From: Pirellulales bacterium
GTDB taxonomy: Bacteria; Planctomycetota; Planctomycetia; Pirellulales; UBA1268
Length of the DNA stretch: 64,000 bases
Direction: 5' to 3'
Assembly (NCBI GenBank): GCA_017853835.1
Contig: JAFMIU010000005.1
Location: forward strand, 33,072 to 97,071
Shown here: one piece after another, positions 9,143 to 20,982 of the stretch
Numbering within the stretch: the first letter of the stretch is position 1
How the letters are laid out: every line of letters begins with the position of its first letter
Position numbers and translations under genes: made by a program
The notes under the pieces: generated by a model
The model's database searches: none
The model's input: the letters and a program-made list of their open reading frames with translations, nothing else
What the model was told of the DNA's origin: nothing

Positions 9143-10986
9143 GACGAGGCTCCTCGTTTGGCCGCGGCCGGCGGCACTGGCTGCTGGGAGGTGGTGCTGA
9201 ATGCCCGCTGCAGTTCCTCGAGCGACGTCAGCCCTTCCAGCACCAGGGCCATGCCCGCCTCACGCATCGGCTTCATGCCGTCTTGCACGGCAGCCTTTCG
9301 AAGGGTTGCGGCATCGGTGCCGGCGGCGAGCGCCTTTCGGACAGTCGCTCCGCTGGCCACTTCGAAGATCGCGGCCCGTCCGAGGTAGCCCGTTCCGCCG
9401 CAGAGCCGGCAGCCGTGCTCGGCAGCCTTTCGAAGATGGGGCAGCTGTTCGGGGGTCAGTTTGAGCCGGGCGAGCAACTCGGGAGGAGGAGGGTAGTCTT
9501 CCCGGCACCGGGCGCAGAGCTTGCGGACCATGCGCTGGGCGACCGACCCGATGAAGGTTTGCGCGAAGGCCTGTGCCGGCACGCCGCAGGCGACGATTCT
9601 CGCAACGGCGTCGATGGCGTCGTTGGCGGTGAGGCTCATGATCACAAGCTTGTCGTCGGCGGCCAGTTCGACGAGTTTGGCGACGAGGGTCTTGTCGCGG
9701 ATGTCGCGTGTGACGATCACGTTGGGGTAGGTGCGAAGGACCCCGTCGAGCGCCGCCAGCGGTGTGACCCCCGTTCGGGCATCGAAGGGAACGGCACGGA
9801 CGTTTTGAATCTCGCGTGGCGGCGTGGCGGCGTCTTCGAGCGAGATGAAGTCTCGAAGGTAGCGGTCGGCCGATTGAACGACCATGTCGAAGGTGGTGGT
9901 GAGGCCCGATCCGGGCGGCGACGACACCAGGATCACCCCCTTCTCCACCTTGGTGAGATCGACCGTTTTTTCAGCGATATCCGCCGGCATGCCGAGGTCG
10001 GCAAGTTTCTTGAAGATGGCCGCCGGTGGGTCGATCTTGATGACGACCTGCTCGCCGGACGGCTGCCGTCGGATGCTGAACCGGCAGTTGCGCGGCTTGC
10101 CGTCGACATGGATCTGAAACGGGGCGTTCTTGGCTTCGCGGGCGGGTGGCGGCATGCCGCAGATCGCCTTGAACACCGCCACCACCGCCTGCCCCACCTC
10201 GAGGCTTGATTTTGGTGCCTCCACCCACGCTCCCTTTTCGCGTCGACCGCGGGAAGGATTGTGGATCTTCGGCTTCTCCCACACGCCATCCACTTCGTGG
10301 CGCACGCCCATGCCGGCCGGCTCGATGTCGATCACGAGCGTGCCGGCCCGCGCCATCACGGCATCGAGCATGGTCTTGCGAGCCTCTTCGAAGCCTGGGA
10401 GTTTTGAGGCGGCTTCCAGTCGGGCCGTGTTCTCGGCGGAATCTTTTCCGCCCGTTGCGGCGAGCGAGACCTTGGGAATCAGATCGGTCTCGTCGAAACC
10501 GACATCAATCTCGATGCCGAGTGGGGCGAGCATGGCGGCCACGATCCGTCGGGCATGACCCGCGGTGAGGATCCGCTCGGAGGCCGGCAATGGCTTGTTG
10601 CGCACCACGGCATAGGCAACCGCGGGCCCCACCCAGCAGACCACCATCAGGGCCACGGCGCCCAGCGCCGACGGAATCCACCAGGCCAGGATCGCGGCCA
10701 GAAACGTCGGGATGCCGCAGATCATGCCCCAGAGGGCAGGCTTCTGGTGGTGCTTGGTGGCATCCCGTGAGATCCAGTCGACCGTGCTCATCCACGCCAG
10801 AAGGACCAGCCACCAGGCGAGGCCGCCCATCACGGAGAGGCCGCCACCGGTGCCGCGGCCGCCCCATCCGGGCGGAAAAAAAGTGGGCCAACCGGCGTCG
10901 TCGGCGTGGGCGATGGTCGCCATGCCGATGGTCACGGACCCCACGAGGAGTCGTTCGACGGTATGCAGCCTCGGCAACGGCATCAT
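9139..10986 (-). CDS. Membrane-anchored GspE/PilB-like ATPase with degenerate catalytic motifs
   Basis: N-terminal TM helices; R.EVDG, LADLGM, Walker A SPPGSGLTTT, AQRMVRKLCxxC...CxxC.GTGY.GR, EG.TSLEE. Confidence 0.85.
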   Translation of the reverse strand: MMPLPRLHTVERLLVGSVTIGMATIAHADDAGWPTFFPPGWGGRGTGGGLSVMGGLAWWLVLLAWMSTVDWISRDATKHHQKPALWGMICGIPTFLAAILAWWIPSALGAVALMVVCWVGPAVAYAVVRNKPLPASERILTAGHARRIVAAMLAPLGIEIDVGFDETDLIPKVSLAATGGKDSAENTARLEAASKLPGFEEARKTMLDAVMARAGTLVIDIEPAGMGVRHEVDGVWEKPKIHNPSRGRREKGAWVEAPKSSLEVGQAVVAVFKAICGMPPPAREAKNAPFQIHVDGKPRNCRFSIRRQPSGEQVVIKIDPPAAIFKKLADLGMPADIAEKTVDLTKVEKGVILVSSPPGSGLTTTFDMVVQSADRYLRDFISLEDAATPPREIQNVRAVPFDARTGVTPLAALDGVLRTYPNVIVTRDIRDKTLVAKLVELAADDKLVIMSLTANDAIDAVARIVACGVPAQAFAQTFIGSVAQRMVRKLCARCREDYPPPPELLARLKLTPEQLPHLRKAAEHGCRLCGGTGYLGRAAIFEVASGATVRKALAAGTDAATLRKAAVQDGMKPMREAGMALVLEGLTSLEELQRAFSTTSQQPVPPAAAKRGASS

Positions 10987-12137
10987 GTCACCCCGATGCC
11001 CTTCAGCGCCATCTCCAGCGCTTCGCGGTTGGGGGCGATCTCCATGGCATCGTTTCGGTCGATCAGCCCCTGGTCGATGAGGCTCTTGAGGCTCTGGGTG
11101 AAGTCCTGCATGCCGTCGCGGAAGGATTTGCGGATGTGGTCGGCGATCAGGTGATCCTGTTCCTCGAGCACGTATTTCTTGATGAGAACGTCGATGAACA
11201 TCACCTCGCAGATCGGCACGCGGCTGACGCCCGGCTTGATCGATTTCAGCAGCTTCTGGGCGATGATTCCCTTCATGTTGAACGCGATCGCACTCCGGAT
11301 CGACGCGTGCTCCTCCTGCGGGAACAGGTCGAGGATTCGGCCGATGGTGCTGGCGGCACTGGCGGCGTGGATCGTTCCAAACACGAGATGCCCCGTCTCG
11401 GCGGCATGGATGGCCGTTTTGAAGGTTTCGACGTCGCGGAGCTCGCCGACGAGGATGATGTCGGGATCCTCTCGCACCGCGTGCTTCATGCCGATTTCAA
11501 AGTTTTTGACATCGGCGCCGATTTCCCGCTGGTTGATCAGGCACTTGTCTTCGGTGAAGACGAACTCGATCGGATCCTCGAGCGTGAGGATGTGTTTGCG
11601 GTAGCGCTGGTTGATGTAGTTGAGCATCGACCCGATCGTCGTGCTCTTGCCGGATCCGGTGACGCCGGCCAGCAGCACCATGCCCTGATCGAGCACGCAG
11701 AGCCTCTCGATGCTCTCCGGGAGATAGAGCCCCTTGAAGTCGGGGATGGTGTTGTTGACGCGTCGGGCGACCAGGCCGAGGGAGCCCTGCTGGTAGAGCA
11801 GGTTCACGCGAAACCGCCAGCGGATGTCGTCGACGACGCAGGTGTGGGCGAAGTCGCAGCCGCCGTCGCGGTCGAGAATCATCTTCTGCCGATCGTCGAG
11901 CATCGCGAAGCAGAGCCGTTGCATCGCATCATCGTCGATCCGGTCGTACTTGAGCGGCTGGAGCGCGCCCTTGGTGCGAATGAAGGGCGGCTGGCCCACC
12001 TTGAGGTGAAGGTCGCTACCCTGGAGCCGCACGAGCGCGTCGAACAGTCGGTCGATCTCGAGTCGGCCGCGCTTCTTGAGGCCGCGGATCGGGGCGTTGG
12101 AAACGTCTGGCTCAGAGGAGGTGTCGGGGGTCGACAT
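10983..12137 (-). CDS. pilT: Type IV pilus twitching ATPase PilT/PilU family
   Basis: GSDLHLKVG, GVTGSGKSTT, LTLEDPIE, REDPDIILVGELRD, AETGHLVFGTIH. Confidence 0.9.
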   Translation of the reverse strand: MSTPDTSSEPDVSNAPIRGLKKRGRLEIDRLFDALVRLQGSDLHLKVGQPPFIRTKGALQPLKYDRIDDDAMQRLCFAMLDDRQKMILDRDGGCDFAHTCVVDDIRWRFRVNLLYQQGSLGLVARRVNNTIPDFKGLYLPESIERLCVLDQGMVLLAGVTGSGKSTTIGSMLNYINQRYRKHILTLEDPIEFVFTEDKCLINQREIGADVKNFEIGMKHAVREDPDIILVGELRDVETFKTAIHAAETGHLVFGTIHAASAASTIGRILDLFPQEEHASIRSAIAFNMKGIIAQKLLKSIKPGVSRVPICEVMFIDVLIKKYVLEEQDHLIADHIRKSFRDGMQDFTQSLKSLIDQGLIDRNDAMEIAPNREALEMALKGIGVT

Positions 12138-12152
12138 AAAAAGGCGGGAGGG

Positions 12153-12926
12153 TCAGCGGGCGGGGCGAACGGGGATGCCGCGGCGTTCAAAGAGGTCTTT
12201 GACTTGGCGGATCGTACACTGTCCGAAGTGGAAGATTCCAGCCGCCAGCACGGCATCCGCGCCTCCCCGCTCGACGGCGTCGGCAAGGTGCTCGGCCGCC
12301 CCGGCCCCGCCGCTGGCGACCACAGGGATGCCGACGGCTCGGCTCACGGCCGCGGTGATTTCCAGGTCGTAGCCCTCCCGCGTGCCGTCGCGGTCCATGC
12401 AGGTGAGCACGATTTCGCCTGCGCCGAGCCGTTCGACCTCGCGGGCCCAGGCCACCGCCTCGAGCCCCGTCGGCACGCGGCCTCCGTTGACGAACACCTC
12501 CCACACCTCGCGGCCGTCTTTCACCACACGCTTGGGGTCGATGTTGACGACCGTGGCGCAGCTTCCAAGTCGGTCGGCGACGGCCGTGACCAGATCGGGT
12601 GTGCGAACGGCCGCCGAGTTGATGCTCACTTTCTCGGCCCCCGCCTGCACGAGCCGGGCGGCGTCGTCGAGCGTGCGGATGCCACCCCCGACGGTAAACG
12701 GCATGAAGACTGTTTCGGAGACGCGTCGCACCACGTCCAGCATGATGCCCCGCCCTTCGTGACTCGCCGTGATGTCGAGAAACACGAGCTCGTCGGCGCC
12801 CTCCCGCTCATACCGCGCCGCCACCTCCACCGGATCGCCGGCATCGACGAGGTCGAGAAACTTCGTTCCCTTCACGACCCTGCCTTGATTGACGTCGAGG
12901 CAGGGAATGATTCGCTTCGCAAGCAC
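12153..12926 (-). CDS. hisF: Imidazole glycerol phosphate synthase cyclase subunit
   Basis: [36 protein letters not shown]. Confidence 0.98.
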   Translation of the reverse strand: MLAKRIIPCLDVNQGRVVKGTKFLDLVDAGDPVEVAARYEREGADELVFLDITASHEGRGIMLDVVRRVSETVFMPFTVGGGIRTLDDAARLVQAGAEKVSINSAAVRTPDLVTAVADRLGSCATVVNIDPKRVVKDGREVWEVFVNGGRVPTGLEAVAWAREVERLGAGEIVLTCMDRDGTREGYDLEITAAVSRAVGIPVVASGGAGAAEHLADAVERGGADAVLAAGIFHFGQCTIRQVKDLFERRGIPVRPAR

Positions 12927-12944
12927 GGCGGCATCACTCCCGGA

Positions 12945-13808
12945 TCAGGTGGGCTGCACGATCCGCCCCTCGTCGGGGCTCGAGGCCGTCGCATACAGTC
13001 GCCGCGGGATGCGGCCGGAGAGAAAGGCAAGCCTGCCGGCGACACAGGCCGCCTTCATGGCCACGGCCATGCGCACCGGGTCCTGTGCGTGCGCGATGGC
13101 GGTGTTGAGCAGCACGCCATCGGCGCCGAGTTCCATGGCGGCGGCCACGTCGCTGGCCGTGCCGACTCCGGCATCGACGATCACGGGATAGGCCGGATCG
13201 CCATCCTTGAGATACTCGAGACAAATCCGCAGGTTGTTGGGATTGAGGATCCCCTGCCCTGAGCCGATCGGGCTGCCGGCGGGCATCACGCTCGCCGCGC
13301 CGAGATCCTTGAGCCGCTTGGCGATCACGGGATCATCGCTGGTGTAGACGAGCACCGTGAAGCCCTCGCTCACCAGCTTTTCGGTGGCGGCAAGGGTGCC
13401 GACCGGATCGGGCAGCAGCGTCTTGGTGTCGCCGAGCACCTCCAGCTTCACCCATTCCGACGTGGCAGATCCCATGTCGCGCAGAAGTTCCCGGCCCAGA
13501 CGGGCAACCCGCACCGCGTCGTCGGCGGAGAAGCAGCCGGCCGTGTTGGGGAGCAGGGCGTATCGGGAGGCGTCGAGGTGATCGAGGATGTTCTCGCCAG
13601 CCGCGTTGAGAAGCCGCTCACGACGAACGGCAACCGTCACGCAGTCGGTGCCCGAGGCATCGAGCGACCTCGCCATGTCGGCGTAGGTCGCATACTTGCC
13701 GGTGCCGACCACGAGCCGGCTCGCGAGCGTGATGCCGCCAACCACCAGCGGACCTCCGCCCATGGCCGTTTCGTCGAGTCCTTCGGATGCATCAGCCGTC
13801 CTGCTCAT
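12945..13808 (-). CDS. thiG: Thiazole synthase
   Basis: [41 protein letters not shown]. Confidence 0.97.
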   Translation of the reverse strand: MSRTADASEGLDETAMGGGPLVVGGITLASRLVVGTGKYATYADMARSLDASGTDCVTVAVRRERLLNAAGENILDHLDASRYALLPNTAGCFSADDAVRVARLGRELLRDMGSATSEWVKLEVLGDTKTLLPDPVGTLAATEKLVSEGFTVLVYTSDDPVIAKRLKDLGAASVMPAGSPIGSGQGILNPNNLRICLEYLKDGDPAYPVIVDAGVGTASDVAAAMELGADGVLLNTAIAHAQDPVRMAVAMKAACVAGRLAFLSGRIPRRLYATASSPDEGRIVQPT

Positions 13809-14036
13809 TCAGCCTCCACCGACAAACGTCACGATCTCAATTCGCTCACCTCCGGCAAGATGCCGGCTCGAGAGCGATGCACGCGACACCACCTCGCCAT
13901 CGACTTCCACCGCCACCGGACGCCCCGAAAAGCCAAGCATGGCCACGAGGCTTTCGAGGGTAACGCCAGCCGGCACGGGCCGGTGGCTTCCATTCACGGT
14001 CACCGATACGTCGGCATCCACGGAGTCGCGTTCCAC
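13809..14036 (-). CDS. thiS: Thiamine biosynthesis sulfur carrier
   Basis: VTVNG...VAVEVDG...IEIVTFVGGG C-terminal Gly-Gly; directly upstream of thiG; probable GTG start at 14036. Confidence 0.93.
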   Translation of the reverse strand: MERDSVDADVSVTVNGSHRPVPAGVTLESLVAMLGFSGRPVAVEVDGEVVSRASLSSRHLAGGERIEIVTFVGGG

Positions 14037-14037
14037 G

Positions 14038-14559
14038 CTACTGTCCTTTTCCGCCGCGCGGGTTGGCCTTGTCGAGCAGCACGAGTTCCGACACGCCTGC
14101 CGGGGCCGAACTGACCGGAATGCCGTAGGCAACGGTGACCCCGTTGGTGACATCCGTCACATAGAGCACCGACGGTGCCATTTGATTGCCCGCCGCCCCG
14201 GCGAACCTCGCCTGTCCCGGCACGAGGAGGAACTTCGGGTTTTTCACCTTGCCCGGCTTGAAGCCGAGATCTCTGAGGATGTTGGTCCGGTATCCACTGC
14301 CAAACTTCGAGGTCGACGGATTGAGGACACCGCCGGTCAGGTCACCTGTTTCGAAGTCGAGAATGAACAGGCCCTCTGCATCGTTCGTGACCGGGGCCGT
14401 GCAGACGGCGAACGTGTCGTGGGCAAGCGACGACATTGCCTGCACGGGTGGCACCGGCATGGACGATGGCCAGGAAGAGCCGACCCATCCGCCGACGACG
14501 GCCGCGAGCCCCACGAGGGCCGCCACCGGCAAGGGGCGAAGGGTGAGGGTGGATGGCAT
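14038..14559 (-). CDS. Conserved hypothetical exported protein
   Basis: N-terminal hydrophobic segment, then EGLFILDFETGDL...YRTNILRDLG; in series with thiS-thiG. Confidence 0.7.
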   Translation of the reverse strand: MPSTLTLRPLPVAALVGLAAVVGGWVGSSWPSSMPVPPVQAMSSLAHDTFAVCTAPVTNDAEGLFILDFETGDLTGGVLNPSTSKFGSGYRTNILRDLGFKPGKVKNPKFLLVPGQARFAGAAGNQMAPSVLYVTDVTNGVTVAYGIPVSSAPAGVSELVLLDKANPRGGKGQ

Positions 14560-14749
14560 GCGAAGGTCTCCAGGAAGCAGGGGAGGGGACGAGGCACACC
14601 GGACATGGCGGCCGGGCGAGGGTGCGGGGGTGCGGTTCGTGCCGGGGGGAGTCGGGAATCGTGAAGGGAAGGCAGTATAGTTGCTCTGGAACCAGCAGTT
14701 CCATCGGCCGCTCGTGGGCCGTTCAGATTGAACCGGAGCCTCATTCGCC

Positions 14750-16432
14750 ATGGCAGCCTCGCCAACAGCTTCCCGCCGAACCGGCACCAAACGGGCGGTG
14801 CTCATCGCCAGTGGAGACCTTCGCGAGGAGGCAAACCGGGTCTGCTGGCCGGCGCAGTTGGCGATGGAGAAGGCCCTCACATCGGCCTTTGCCCGTGCCG
14901 GCTGGACGCTCGAACGCGGCCATGCCGTGTCGCGAAGTCGCGGTCATGGGTTCATCGCGAGCTGCCGCGAGGGTCTCGATGTGTTTGCCGAAATCGATCC
15001 CGACGTGCCGCTCGTGGTGGCGGAGGCCGTGTGGCAGTATTCCAACCACGTGCTCCCTGGCCTGACGACGCATCGGGGCCCGATCCTCACGGCGGCGAAC
15101 TGGTCGGGCCAGTGGCCCGGTCTCGTGGGCATGCTCAACCTCAATGGGTCGTTGACGAAAGCCGGGGTGCCCTACTCGACGATCTGGGCCGACGATTTCG
15201 CGAGCCCGAGTTTCGAGCGGCACCTCAAGGCCTGGCTCGACACGCGATCGATTCATCACGACATGAGCCACGTCGTGCCGTTTGACAGGGTGCGTGTGCC
15301 ACGTGATCTCGCCAAGCGGGCTGACGTGATCGCCGAAGAGCTCCGCACGAAAAAGGCGCTGCTCGGGGTGTTCGACGAGGGCTGCATGGGCATGGAAAAC
15401 GCCATCATCCCCGACCGGCTCCTCCATGCGACCGGCGTCTTCAAAGAGCGGCTCAGCCAAAGCGCGCTCTACCACGAAACGATGCGGACGAGCGAGGCCG
15501 AAGCCCGCGACGTCTTCCGCTGGCTGGAAAAGGCAGGCATGCGGTTCCACTTCGGCCGCCACGAGGCCTCCGACCTGACGCGACAGCAGGTGCTGCTGCA
15601 GTGCCGCATGTACATCGCCGCCCTGCGGCTCGCGGATCGCTACGGGTGTGACTCGATCGGCATTCAATACCAGCAGGGACTCAAGGATCTTCTGCCCGCC
15701 AGCGACCTTGTCGAAGGCATGCTCAACGACTCGAAACGCCCGCCGGTCACGGCGGAGGGGTCGTCCCGGGTCCTCTTCAAGGGCCGTCCGCTCGTGCACT
15801 TCAACGAAGTGGACGAGTGTGCCGGCCTCGACGGCCTGCTCACCCAACGCGTGCACGAGGCGCTCGGCGAGCCAGTTGAAAACACGCTGCACGACATCCG
15901 ATGGGGCGACTGGGATCAGTCGCGGTCCACGGATCATTGGGTGTGGGTGTTTGAAATCTCGGGCGGTGCCCCACCGGCCCATTTCGTGAAGGGCTGGAAG
16001 GGTGCCGAAGGGTTTCGGCAGCCGGCGATGTACTTTCGTCTCGGCGGCAGCACGCTCGCCGGCATCAGCAAGCCAGGCGAGATCGTTTGGAGCCGCGTGT
16101 GGGTCGACGGCACCGGTTCCAAGGAAAAACTCTGCATGGATATCGGACGGGCCGCGGTGGTGGCGCTCCCGCCGGAGGAGACACGACGGCGGCTCGATGC
16201 AACCACCAAGGAATGGCCGATCATGCATGCCGTCACCTATGGCGTGTCGCGTGACCAGATGATGGCCCGTCACAAGGCCAATCATGTGCATGTGGCCTAT
16301 GCCCGCGATGCCGCCGGAGCCGATCGGGCGGCGGTCATGAAGGCCGCGGTGGCCCGAAGCCTTGGCATCGAGGTCTCCTTCTGCGGAACCCGAGGCCATG
16401 GTGCCACGTCGGCCGTCCGCTGGGATGCCTGA
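14750..16432 (+). CDS. L-fucose/L-arabinose isomerase-family sugar isomerase
   Basis: [53 protein letters not shown]; adjacent to a sugar kinase. Confidence 0.8.
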   Translation: MAASPTASRRTGTKRAVLIASGDLREEANRVCWPAQLAMEKALTSAFARAGWTLERGHAVSRSRGHGFIASCREGLDVFAEIDPDVPLVVAEAVWQYSNHVLPGLTTHRGPILTAANWSGQWPGLVGMLNLNGSLTKAGVPYSTIWADDFASPSFERHLKAWLDTRSIHHDMSHVVPFDRVRVPRDLAKRADVIAEELRTKKALLGVFDEGCMGMENAIIPDRLLHATGVFKERLSQSALYHETMRTSEAEARDVFRWLEKAGMRFHFGRHEASDLTRQQVLLQCRMYIAALRLADRYGCDSIGIQYQQGLKDLLPASDLVEGMLNDSKRPPVTAEGSSRVLFKGRPLVHFNEVDECAGLDGLLTQRVHEALGEPVENTLHDIRWGDWDQSRSTDHWVWVFEISGGAPPAHFVKGWKGAEGFRQPAMYFRLGGSTLAGISKPGEIVWSRVWVDGTGSKEKLCMDIGRAAVVALPPEETRRRLDATTKEWPIMHAVTYGVSRDQMMARHKANHVHVAYARDAAGADRAAVMKAAVARSLGIEVSFCGTRGHGATSAVRWDA

Positions 16433-16550
16433 GGCATGCGGCCCGCCGTGTCACCGATCGGTTGAGGGGCGCTGGCAGGCGGGGCTTCCCTGTGGCGTCG
16501 GTGGCGGCGAGGATACCGGCGGCAGAACCCATTCCTCCGGAACGTGAATC

Positions 16551-18107
16551 ATGAAGACGCAGGGCTACCTCGGGATCGACATCGGCACGCAGGGTCTTTC
16601 GGTCATCTTTACGGATGACGCGATGCGGATTCTCGCGACGGGCGAGGGCGACTACGCGATGGTGCCAGGCCTCGCCACCGAGTGTCAGGAGCAGCTGCCG
16701 TCTGATTGGGAGCGGGCCCTGGCAGCGGCGATGCTCGGCATGCGGCAGCGGCTTGCGGCCGCCGGCGTGGAGCCGGAGGTGCGGAGCATCGGCATCTCGG
16801 GGCAGATGCACGGCGAAGTGCTCGTCGATTCCTCGGGGGTGCCGATCGGAGCGGCTCGGCTGTGGTGCGATGGTCGCAACGAAGCCGAGGGGCACGAACT
16901 CACCGAAGCCCTCGGCACGAAGGTCCCGAAGCGGATGACATCGGCTCGTTGGCTCTGGACGATTCGCAACCAGCCTGAGAAGGCGGCTCGAACGGTCCGC
17001 ATCACGACCCCCGCCGGCTGGATCGCGCACGTGCTCACGGGGGGCTTCACCCTCGGGATCGGTGACGCGGCCGGCATGTTTCCGATCGATCAGTCCACGC
17101 TCGATTACGACACCAAGCGGCTCGCCGACTTCGACGCGCTGGTGGCCCGCAGCTGCAAGGGGGCGACGATCCGTCCGCTTCGCGACCTGCTGCCGGAGGT
17201 GCGGCGAGCCGGCGACGATGGCGGCGTGCTCGACGCGCGGGGCGCCGCCCTGCTCGGGCTGCCGCAGGGTGTGCCCGTGGCCCCGGCGGAGGGAGACCAG
17301 CCCTCGGCGCTTGCGGGATCCCTCATCGCAGCGTCAGGCACGGTGTCGATGAGTTTTGGCACGAGTGTCGTGGCCAACTCGGTGGGGGATCGGGCCTTCA
17401 AGGGCGTCGATCGGGCCATCGACCACTTCTGCGCGCCCGACGGCAAGCCGATCAACATGGTCTGGCTGCGGAACGGCACCACCGCGATGAACACCGTCGT
17501 GGACATGTTCGGCAAGGCGCTTGGAGGCGACCGAGGCGACGCGTTTGCGACCATGATTCCGCATCTGCTGGCGGCGCCGGACGACTGTGGCGGCCTGCAG
17601 GCCCTGTCGTTCATGGAGGATGAGCCGGGGGCGGGCGTGTCGCATGGTGGCACGGCCATGGTGATCGGACTCAACGACCGCAACGCGACACCGGGCAACG
17701 TTGCCCGGGCGATGCTGCTGGCGACGATCTTCAATCTCCGCATGGGAAGTGAAGGGCTCGATGCCCAGGGGTTTCCCCGGAAGGAGATCGTGTTGTCGGG
17801 CGGGATCACGAAGACGCCCGAACTGGCGCAGCTCGTGGCCGATGCATTTCATGTGCCCGTGGTGATCCTCGCCGGGGCGACGGAAGGCACCGCCTGGGGA
17901 GCGGCTCTCATGGCGAAGTTCCGCGATGGAAAACTCGCCGGGAAGGGGGGTGACTGGCAGACGTTTCTCGCCGGCCATGCGGCCGACGGTGCTCGTCGAT
18001 TTGAGCCTCGGCCATCGGCATCAGCCACGTTTGATCGGATGTTCGCCCGCCACAAGAAACTCGTGGCCCTCCATGGTCAGCTCGACGCGGCCGTCAGGGT
18101 CGGCTGA
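16551..18107 (+). CDS. FGGY-family carbohydrate kinase (xylulokinase-like)
   Basis: LGIDIGTQG, ISGQMHG, LWCD.R, GDQ, SFGTS, LSGG. Confidence 0.85.
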   Translation: MKTQGYLGIDIGTQGLSVIFTDDAMRILATGEGDYAMVPGLATECQEQLPSDWERALAAAMLGMRQRLAAAGVEPEVRSIGISGQMHGEVLVDSSGVPIGAARLWCDGRNEAEGHELTEALGTKVPKRMTSARWLWTIRNQPEKAARTVRITTPAGWIAHVLTGGFTLGIGDAAGMFPIDQSTLDYDTKRLADFDALVARSCKGATIRPLRDLLPEVRRAGDDGGVLDARGAALLGLPQGVPVAPAEGDQPSALAGSLIAASGTVSMSFGTSVVANSVGDRAFKGVDRAIDHFCAPDGKPINMVWLRNGTTAMNTVVDMFGKALGGDRGDAFATMIPHLLAAPDDCGGLQALSFMEDEPGAGVSHGGTAMVIGLNDRNATPGNVARAMLLATIFNLRMGSEGLDAQGFPRKEIVLSGGITKTPELAQLVADAFHVPVVILAGATEGTAWGAALMAKFRDGKLAGKGGDWQTFLAGHAADGARRFEPRPSASATFDRMFARHKKLVALHGQLDAAVRVG

Positions 18108-18137
18108 GGCCGCCCGCCGACCTGCTACAACTCGGGG

Positions 18138-18938
18138 ATGCCGCCTCCACCATCCGTCGCCGCCTCTCTGACCTCCGCCGAGCGGAAGCCGCTTGCGGTG
18201 TGGCTCGCCGGCGTGATCGCCTTCGATGACTATCTGGTCATGGCGGAACGGCTGGCGGGCGAAGCGGCTCAGCCCAATGGTCGCCTGCCGACGTTGGTGC
18301 TGTGCGAACTCGCTCCCGTGATCACGATCGGCCGGGCCGGATCGCGGGCCGATGTGCGGCTCTCCGATGAAGATCTCCGAGCGAGGCGTCTTGCCGTGCG
18401 GTTCACCGGTCGCGGAGGCGGGGCCGTGTTGCACGGGCCGGGGCAGGTGGTGGTGGCGCTCTTTGCCAGGCTCGAGGATCTCGGTTTCGGCAGAGACGAC
18501 GTGGGCCGGTTCGTCGAACGCTTCCAACGGGGCGTTGCCGAAGCGATCGGTGCGGCGCGGTGTGGCAGCGGTTCTCTCGAGCCTGGCGTCCACGCGGTCT
18601 CCGGCCGATCCGGCATTGTGGCGGCCCTGGGGATGGCGATCCGTCGGGGTGTCGCCTGCCACGGGGCGTTCGTCAATGTCTGCCCTCCGCTCGACCTTTT
18701 CCCACGGATCGATACCATTCCCCGGAGGCTCCGCCCCGCCGGCACCGTGGGTCCCAGCACCATGGGATCGATTGAGGCCGACGTGCAGCGGCGTGTTCGA
18801 CTGCAGGATGTGCGCACCGCGCTCGTGCAGGGCATCGCCGACGCGATGGATGTTCCGAGGGTGCACATCAACGCGGGGTTTCCCATCCGCATCCCGTCCC
18901 CGCCGAATCAGCCGGAGGTTGCCAGAAGTGTCGGGTGA
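18138..18938 (+). CDS. lipB: LipB-like octanoyltransferase (catalytic residues appear absent)
   Basis: PVITIGR, RGGGAVLHGPGQ, HG..VNV; directly upstream of lipA. Confidence 0.7.
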   Translation: MPPPPSVAASLTSAERKPLAVWLAGVIAFDDYLVMAERLAGEAAQPNGRLPTLVLCELAPVITIGRAGSRADVRLSDEDLRARRLAVRFTGRGGGAVLHGPGQVVVALFARLEDLGFGRDDVGRFVERFQRGVAEAIGAARCGSGSLEPGVHAVSGRSGIVAALGMAIRRGVACHGAFVNVCPPLDLFPRIDTIPRRLRPAGTVGPSTMGSIEADVQRRVRLQDVRTALVQGIADAMDVPRVHINAGFPIRIPSPPNQPEVARSVG

Positions 18939-18942
18939 ATCC

Positions 18943-19860
18943 ATGCCGCAGGCGACGTCGACGCTCCTCCCAATTCTCGGTGAGGCTCCCGCGTCCGCAC
19001 CGCCATCCTCGCGACGCCTTCCGCCCTGGCTGCGGCAGAATCTCGGCGTTGGCGGAGGCCACGCCGAGACGGCCCACCTCATCGCGGAACTCAACCTCGA
19101 AACGGTCTGCTCGTCGGCGAAGTGCCCCAATCGGCTCGAGTGTTGGTCGCAGCGCACGGCCACCTTCATGATTCTGGGCAATGTCTGCACCCGTCCGTGC
19201 GGCTTCTGCTCGGTGCCCAAGGGCAAGACCGAACCGCTCGAGGGGGACGAGCCCGAGCGGGTCGCCGAGGCGGCAAGGCGGCTCGGCCTGAAGCATGTCG
19301 TCATCACCAGTGTCACCCGCGACGACCTGCCCGATGGCGGCGCGGAGCACTTTCGGCGCACGGTCGATGCCGTGCGGGCGGCCACAGGAGCGACGATCGA
19401 AGTGCTCGTTCCCGACTTCCTCGGGAAGGACGGGGCGCTCGAGCGGCTCATGGAGGCGCGGCCCGAGGTGTTCAACCACAACACCGAGACGGTGCCCCGG
19501 CTCTATCGCACCGTTCGCGGGCGGAAGAGCGTGTATGCGTGGACGCTGCAGCTTCTCTCCGATGCCAAGAGGGTGTTTCCCGAGGTGCGAACCAAAACCG
19601 GCCTGATGCTCGGTTTGGGAGAGACCCGCGACGAACTGCTCGACGTGTTTGCCGACCTCCGGGATCACGACGTCGATTTCCTCACGCTGGGTCAGTATCT
19701 CCAGCCATCGCTCGATTCGCTTCCCGTGGAGCGGTATCTCCCTCCGGAGGAGTTCGAGGAGCTGGGGTCGCTCGCCCGCAGCATGGGATTCCGTCAGGTG
19801 GCCAGCGGCCCGCTCGTGCGATCGAGCTACCACGCCCGCGACATGGCCGAAGCCGGATAA
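18943..19860 (+). CDS. lipA: Lipoyl synthase
   Basis: CSSAKCPNRLEC auxiliary cluster motif, CTRPCGFC radical-SAM motif, NHNTETV, VRSSYHA. Confidence 0.97.
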   Translation: MPQATSTLLPILGEAPASAPPSSRRLPPWLRQNLGVGGGHAETAHLIAELNLETVCSSAKCPNRLECWSQRTATFMILGNVCTRPCGFCSVPKGKTEPLEGDEPERVAEAARRLGLKHVVITSVTRDDLPDGGAEHFRRTVDAVRAATGATIEVLVPDFLGKDGALERLMEARPEVFNHNTETVPRLYRTVRGRKSVYAWTLQLLSDAKRVFPEVRTKTGLMLGLGETRDELLDVFADLRDHDVDFLTLGQYLQPSLDSLPVERYLPPEEFEELGSLARSMGFRQVASGPLVRSSYHARDMAEAG

Positions 19861-19887
19861 GCCGCTTCAGCAGACGGTCGCTTCGAT

Positions 19888-20982
<1,095 letters not shown>

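Noticed and set aside
10590-13262. 890-aa plus-strand ORF
   Set aside because: Antisense shadow of pilT/hisF/thiG caused by high-GC codon bias; no motifs.
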